From the NCBI GenBank assembly GCA_937877715.1, contig CALEHW010000046.1:89690-153689 (forward strand): a stretch of DNA of 64,000 nucleotides. Direction: 5' to 3'. Under the pieces are notes generated by a model. That model did no database searches. It was not told the DNA's origin and saw only the letters and a list, made by a program, of their open reading frames with translations. Of this stretch, positions 59,292-64,000 are shown piece by piece (position 1 is the stretch's first letter; each line of letters starts with the position of its first letter). The position numbers were made by a program, and so were the translations under genes. Source of the DNA: an uncultured Methylophaga sp. GTDB taxonomy: Bacteria; Pseudomonadota; Gammaproteobacteria; GCF-002020875.

Positions 59292-59519
59292 TGCAAACTT
59301 TCTTACCTGGCCAGTAGACAAACCCACTACTCCATTCTGGAAGACCATTTACACCCCATCCATTCCTTTATTGTCTTTTAGTGGAGTTACAAATAGAACA
59401 AACCGTGGGAAGAATGGATTGATGAGGTGACTTTTTATGCTTGACAACCACAACCACGTCCATACAACATGCGGAAGCTTTACAAAAAAACATAATAAAA
59501 TAGGAGGAGACACAATAAA

Positions 59520-59936
59520 ATGAATACAAATACTACCGCAGCACTGACACTACTTGCCGCGTCAACTATACCAACCACAATCTACGCCCATGGTGGCGAT
59601 GATCACACCAAGGCATGGAATGCGCCAGCTGGGGCTGCAGCACGCCCAAACCCAATGTCTTCTAGCTCGGAAAATATTGCAAGGGGAAAGATACTCTATG
59701 AAACTTTCTGCAAACAGTGCCACGGTGTGGATGCTACTGGTGTTGGCCCTGGATCTGGCCTGATAAGAGGCAAGTCCACCAATCTTACCTATTCTGCAGA
59801 CCACCACACTGCTGGGGATCTGTTCTGGAAAATCCGCACCGGCCGTAGCGCTATGCCTAGTTATAAACTGGTATTCAAGAAAAAACAGGTTTGGGAGATG
59901 GTGACCTATATCAAAACACTTGCGGCCAAAGAGTAG
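59520..59936 (+). CDS. Monoheme c-type cytochrome (class I), secreted
   Basis: 138 aa with a signal peptide, a single CKQCH haem-binding motif and a distal Met region (SAMPSY). Confidence 0.7.
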   Translation: MNTNTTAALTLLAASTIPTTIYAHGGDDHTKAWNAPAGAAARPNPMSSSSENIARGKILYETFCKQCHGVDATGVGPGSGLIRGKSTNLTYSADHHTAGDLFWKIRTGRSAMPSYKLVFKKKQVWEMVTYIKTLAAKE

Positions 59937-59951
59937 GTATCATAGGCCACT

Positions 59952-60536
59952 ATGGCCGCTCCAAAACTCCAGGTAATCCAGCTCTTTTCTAGGCTCTGCA
60001 ACAACCCTACCCCTCATACTCTGCTTGCCATTCTTCTCGCTGGCGGTATTGGAGGGGTAGTCTTCTGGGGTGGGTTCAACACCTTTATGGAGTACACTAA
60101 CACCATGGAGTTCTGCATCTCCTGTCACGAGATGGAGCAAAATGTCTACCATGAGTACAAGAAGACTGTTCACTACAAGAACAGAACCGGAGTCAGGGTA
60201 GTCTGCTCCGACTGTCACGTCCCCAAGGAATGGACAGCAAAATTGATGCGCAAGATTCACGCAACCAAAGAGCTCTACTACTGGATGACTGGTGAAATCA
60301 ACACGCCAGAGAAGTTTGAGGCAAAACGGATGGAGCTTGCAAGACGGGTCTGGGACTCTATGGAGAGCTCCAACTCACGCGAATGCCGTAACTGCCACGA
60401 TTATGGCGCCATGCGTTTCGACTGGCAGACAGAAAACTCCCAAGAATCTCATCCAGATGCAATGGATGAGGGAGACACCTGTATCGACTGCCACAGGGGG
60501 ATTGCACATCAGATGCCATATGACCCTGACGAGTAA
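59952..60536 (+). CDS. napC: Tetrahaem cytochrome c NapC (NapC/NirT family quinol dehydrogenase)
   Basis: 194 aa with an N-terminal TM helix and four CxxCH motifs (CISCH, CSDCH, CRNCH, CIDCH). Long near-identical stretches to E. coli NapC (GGIVFWGGFNT, EFCISCHEM, TCIDCH.GIAH). Confidence 0.8.
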   Translation: MAAPKLQVIQLFSRLCNNPTPHTLLAILLAGGIGGVVFWGGFNTFMEYTNTMEFCISCHEMEQNVYHEYKKTVHYKNRTGVRVVCSDCHVPKEWTAKLMRKIHATKELYYWMTGEINTPEKFEAKRMELARRVWDSMESSNSRECRNCHDYGAMRFDWQTENSQESHPDAMDEGDTCIDCHRGIAHQMPYDPDE

Positions 60537-60747
60537 TTCTCATTTGAATTGATCAAGATCAAATATTCTTACCGTATAGTTGTTGACGCAGTATATGATT
60601 TTTGAGATAAATGCCGCTCACATATGTTTATGTGGGAATAACTGACAGTATTTGTTGGTTATTCTCTGAAGAAGTCGGTAGTGGAGGGCCGACCATACGA
60701 CCTCTCCTGCCACAAATGTAAATGTAACAAAAAGAGGAGAAGTATCT

Positions 60748-63294
60748 ATGGGAATCTCTAGAAGGGACTTTATCAAGTCCAATGCTGTTGCTGCCACTGC
60801 TGCTGCAGTTGGTATCAGCGGCATCCCCGTCGTCTCTCAAGCCAAAGATGGCTATGACGCTGACGGTATCCGCTGGGACAAGGCACCATGTCGTTTCTGC
60901 GGCACCGGCTGCAGTATTCTGGTCGGTACCCGCGATGGTCGTGTAGTAGCCACCCAGGGTGACCCAGATGCACCAGTTAACCGTGGCCTCAACTGTATCA
61001 AGGGGTATTTCCTCTCCAAGATCATGTATGGCAAGGATCGTCTCGATACCCCGCTACTGCGCCAGACGGATGGCAAGTATGACAAGAATGGTAAATTCGA
61101 GCCTGTAAGCTGGGATGATGCATTCGACATCATGGCAGAGAAGTGGAAGGCTGCAATTGCCAATGACATTGCACGCAATGACAACAAATCTACTGTTGGT
61201 ATGTTTGGCTCTGGTCAGTGGACAGTCCTAGAGGGCTACGCTGCAGTTAAATTGATGAAGGCTGGCTTCCGCTCCAATAATATTGACCCTAATGCACGTC
61301 ACTGTATGGCCTCTGCGGTAGGAGCATTCATGCGCACCTTCGGCTCGGATGAGCCAATGGGCTGTTATGATGACTTCGAGCACGGTGAGAACTTTGTGCT
61401 CTGGGGTTCAAATATGGCAGAGATGCACCCAATTCTATGGTCACGTATCACCGATACTCGTCTATCCAAGAGTAATGCATCAGTTCACGTACTATCAACA
61501 TACACTCAACGTAGTTGTGATCTCGCAGACAATGTACTGATCTTTGAGCCACAGACTGACTTGGTGATTGGTAACTACATTGCCAACTATATTATCGAGA
61601 ATGGTGCAGTGGATCACGACTTCGTGAAAAACCACACCAATATCCGTCTTGCTAATACCGATATCGGTTATGGTCTGCGCCCATCTGACCCTCGCGAGAA
61701 GAATGCTAAGAACAGCTCTCCACGTAAGGCACAGGTTGGCTCCAAACCAATGAGCTTTGATGACTACAAGGCTTTTGTGTCCGAGTACACCCTGGAGAAG
61801 GCCTCCAAGATGTCTGGTGTTCCTGAGGAGAATCTACTCAAGCTCGCCAAGCTCTATGCTGACCCAAGCAAGAAGATCGTCTCTCTCTGGACCATGGGCA
61901 CCAACCAGCACACTCGTGGTGTCTGGATGAACCACTTGATGTATAACCTGCATCTACTGACTGGCAAGATCTCTGAGCCTGGTAATGGACCATTCTCACT
62001 GACCGGACAGCCTTCTGCATGTGGTACTGCACGTGAGGTTGGAACATTCTCACATCGTCTACCTGCAGATCTATTGGTTGGAAAAGCACCACACCGTAAG
62101 TTTGCAGAGAAGATCTGGAAGCTTCCTGAGGGCGCCATTGCTCCCAAGCCTGGCTACCATGCAGTATTGCAAAACCGTATGCTCAAGGATGGCAAGCTCA
62201 ACGCCTACTGGGTAATGTGTAACAACAACGTCCAGGCAGCACCAAACCTCAATGATGAGACCATGCCTGGATACCGTAATCCGAAGAACTTTATCGTAAC
62301 ATCGGATCCCTACCCCACAGTTACCGCAGTCGCATCAGATCTGATTCTGCCAACTGCAATGTGGATTGAGAAAGAGGGTATGTATGGTAATGCAGAGCGT
62401 CGTTCTCAGGCATGGCGTCAGCAGGTTCCTGCACCAGAGGGGGCAAAATCAGATCTCTGGCAGCTAATGGAATTCTCCAAGCGTTTCACCACTGAAGAGT
62501 GCTGGCCACAGGCAATTCTGGATGCCAACCCTGACTACAAGGGCAAGACCCTGTTTGATGTGCTTTACAAGAATGGCAATGTCGACAAATATGGCATGGA
62601 AGACCTGGAAGCTGGACATGACAACGAAGAGGCATTCCACTTTGGCTTCTACCCACAGAAGGGGCTCTACGAGGAGTACCGTCAGTTTGGTCTGAAGGGA
62701 CCAAAGAAGGGCCACGAACTTGGTGAATATGCAAAATATCACAAGACACGCGGTATGCGTTGGCCAGTAATTGATGGCAAAGAGACACTGTGGCGCTACC
62801 GTGAAGGATTTGATCCTCTTGTCAAAAAGTCTAACCCTGATGTTGCGAAGGGCGGTGTTTACTTCTACGGCAAACCAGATGGTAAGGCCAACATATTCTG
62901 CTGCCCTTACGAGCCACCCGCAGAGTCACCAGATGATGAATATCCATTCTGGATGTCCACCGGACGTGTACTCGAGCACTGGCACTCTGGAACCATGACT
63001 CAACGTGTTCCTGAGCTATACAAGGCGGTACCTGATGCAGTCATCTACATGCACCCCGCTGATGCGAAGAAGCTGAAGATGCATGATGGTTCCGTTGCCA
63101 AGGTAACCTCCCGTCGTGGCGATATCAAGGCGCGTATCTCAACTCGTGGCCGTAACAAACCGCCTCAGGGACTTATCTTCGTCCCCTGGTTTGATGCACG
63201 TCGACTGGTAAATAAACTGATTCTTGATGCAACCGATCCTCTCTCCAAAGAGACGGACTTCAAGAAAACCGCTGTTAAAATTACCAAGGCATAA
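60748..63294 (+). CDS. napA: Periplasmic nitrate reductase catalytic subunit NapA
   Basis: 848 aa with a Tat signal ([19 protein letters not shown]), an N-terminal [4Fe-4S] motif CRFCGTGCS and a molybdopterin oxidoreductase fold. N-terminus is highly similar to E. coli NapA. Confidence 0.9.
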   Translation: MGISRRDFIKSNAVAATAAAVGISGIPVVSQAKDGYDADGIRWDKAPCRFCGTGCSILVGTRDGRVVATQGDPDAPVNRGLNCIKGYFLSKIMYGKDRLDTPLLRQTDGKYDKNGKFEPVSWDDAFDIMAEKWKAAIANDIARNDNKSTVGMFGSGQWTVLEGYAAVKLMKAGFRSNNIDPNARHCMASAVGAFMRTFGSDEPMGCYDDFEHGENFVLWGSNMAEMHPILWSRITDTRLSKSNASVHVLSTYTQRSCDLADNVLIFEPQTDLVIGNYIANYIIENGAVDHDFVKNHTNIRLANTDIGYGLRPSDPREKNAKNSSPRKAQVGSKPMSFDDYKAFVSEYTLEKASKMSGVPEENLLKLAKLYADPSKKIVSLWTMGTNQHTRGVWMNHLMYNLHLLTGKISEPGNGPFSLTGQPSACGTAREVGTFSHRLPADLLVGKAPHRKFAEKIWKLPEGAIAPKPGYHAVLQNRMLKDGKLNAYWVMCNNNVQAAPNLNDETMPGYRNPKNFIVTSDPYPTVTAVASDLILPTAMWIEKEGMYGNAERRSQAWRQQVPAPEGAKSDLWQLMEFSKRFTTEECWPQAILDANPDYKGKTLFDVLYKNGNVDKYGMEDLEAGHDNEEAFHFGFYPQKGLYEEYRQFGLKGPKKGHELGEYAKYHKTRGMRWPVIDGKETLWRYREGFDPLVKKSNPDVAKGGVYFYGKPDGKANIFCCPYEPPAESPDDEYPFWMSTGRVLEHWHSGTMTQRVPELYKAVPDAVIYMHPADAKKLKMHDGSVAKVTSRRGDIKARISTRGRNKPPQGLIFVPWFDARRLVNKLILDATDPLSKETDFKKTAVKITKA

Positions 63295-63307
63295 GGAGGG
63301 CATACCA

Positions 63308-63754
63308 ATGAAAAATAGCAAAAGCATGATGTTCGTATTGGGTGCCTCACTGGCAGCACTTCTCGGTAGCAGCTCCGTTGCCATCGCCCACCATGATGTG
63401 GTCTCTCTACGTGGAGATCTCGATATTGGTAGTGATGCACAGATTCCTGCAAAACGGAGAATCTACAAGGATGTGGATCCCTTTGAGAGAACATGGAAGG
63501 AGCAACCTCCATCCATGCCTCACAAAGATTACTCCATAACCATGAAGGAGAATCGCTGCATGGAGTGTCACAGTGAGGAGACATATAAAGAGGAAGAGGC
63601 CACACTGATTGGTGAGAGCCACTACCTGGATCGAGATGGTAACAAGGTGAATCGTGTTACTGGATCCCGGTTCTTCTGTAATCAGTGCCACACCCCTCTG
63701 TTCAAGGTTGAGCCGTTGGTTGACAACAACTTCCAGACCACGTCTAGAAGGTAA
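63308..63754 (+). CDS. napB: Dihaem cytochrome c NapB
   Basis: Start at the ATG at 63308, 7 nt after an AAGGAGGG Shine-Dalgarno. Signal peptide, a SLRG motif and two CxxCH motifs (CMECH, CNQCH). The track ORF extends upstream into napA. Confidence 0.8.
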   Translation: MKNSKSMMFVLGASLAALLGSSSVAIAHHDVVSLRGDLDIGSDAQIPAKRRIYKDVDPFERTWKEQPPSMPHKDYSITMKENRCMECHSEETYKEEEATLIGESHYLDRDGNKVNRVTGSRFFCNQCHTPLFKVEPLVDNNFQTTSRR

Positions 63755-63771
63755 TTTGGTACTCTGACCAT

Positions 63772-63808
63772 AACCGTCTGGATCCATCCGGATCCAGACG
63801 GTTTTTTT
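63772..63808 (+). terminator. Terminator-like hairpin between napB and napD
   Basis: aaccgtctggatcc-atcc-ggatccagacggtt followed by T7: a perfect 14-bp stem and T-run 18 bp after the napB stop. Confidence 0.55.
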
Positions 63809-63870
63809 GTGCAGAGGCAAATGGTGAACTACACTACAGACAGAGTGTCCAACTAACTGTGGAGAGAACA

Positions 63871-64000
63871 AATGACAGATAAACCAATACAGATTTCAGG
63901 GGTTGCAATCAAACTAAAACCAGAAATGATGGAGTCGGTAAAAGCCAGTCTCAATGACATTGAGGGGCTGGAGATCCATGCCGAAGATGAGAGCGGAAAA
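63871..64000 (+). CDS. napD: NapA chaperone NapD (partial; continues beyond the window end)
   Basis: MTDKPIQISGVAIKLKPEMMESVKASLNDIEGLEIHAEDESGK aligns residue by residue with E. coli NapD WQVCSLVVQAKSERISDISTQLNAFPGCEVAVSDAPSGQ. Confidence 0.5.

Noticed and set aside
59290-59519. Possible FNR (TTGAT-N4-ATCAA) or NarL heptamer sites upstream of the cytochrome c-napC genes (for example TTGATGAGGTGACT, TACTCCA)
   Set aside because: Only half-site or imperfect matches are visible by eye. They are not distinguishable from chance without a scored scan.
1-64000. Mobile elements, CRISPR arrays, tRNA/rRNA genes, prophage or defence islands
   Set aside because: No transposase or integrase-like ORFs, direct repeat arrays or tRNA-like cloverleaf candidates were seen. 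Intergenic regions are short and the synteny is that of conserved core genes.

Overview
This window looks like a core chromosomal segment of a sulfur-oxidising, nitrate-respiring gammaproteobacterium. I see no transposases, CRISPR arrays, tRNA or rRNA genes. In order, left to right: (1) fabZ (partial), lpxD, skp, bamA, rseP, dxr, cdsA, uppS, frr, pyrH, tsf and rpsB, all on the minus strand in the classic conserved order. (2) map, glnD, a small coupled unknown ORF and a DapL-type aminotransferase on the plus strand. (3) A long minus-strand run: tsaB, a DinG/YoaA-family helicase, an LpoP-like lipoprotein, mrcB (PBP1b), a SPOR/DedD-like protein, folC, accD, trpA, trpB, trpF, truA, a membrane protein, asd, leuB, leuD, leuC, an MFS transporter and aroC. 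(4) A Sel1-repeat protein, then AddA/AddB-type helicase-nuclease genes. (5) An accessory energy-metabolism region: a GalT-family/HIT-superfamily nucleotidyltransferase plus a small HIT protein. Next comes sat-aprM-aprB-aprA (dissimilatory ATP sulfurylase and APS reductase with membrane anchor), followed by an unknown 116-aa protein and a SlyD-like FKBP. Then a standalone IscU-like scaffold, narX-narL, an isolated napF, a small radical SAM gene ending in a perfect 22-bp hairpin, moaA, soxYZ, a small secreted Gly/Ser/Ala/Asp-rich protein, a monoheme cytochrome c, napC, napA, napB, a terminator-like hairpin, and the start of napD. The most interesting part is 43.7-52.2 kb and 54.9-64 kb. A candidate APS:phosphate adenylyltransferase (GalT family) and a HIT protein sit next to sat/aprMBA. 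There are uncharacterised partners downstream of aprA. A SoxY has a non-canonical C-terminus beside an unusual secreted low-complexity protein. The nap locus is arranged non-canonically. All calls rest on reading the translated ORFs and the nucleotide sequence by eye; no database searches were run.
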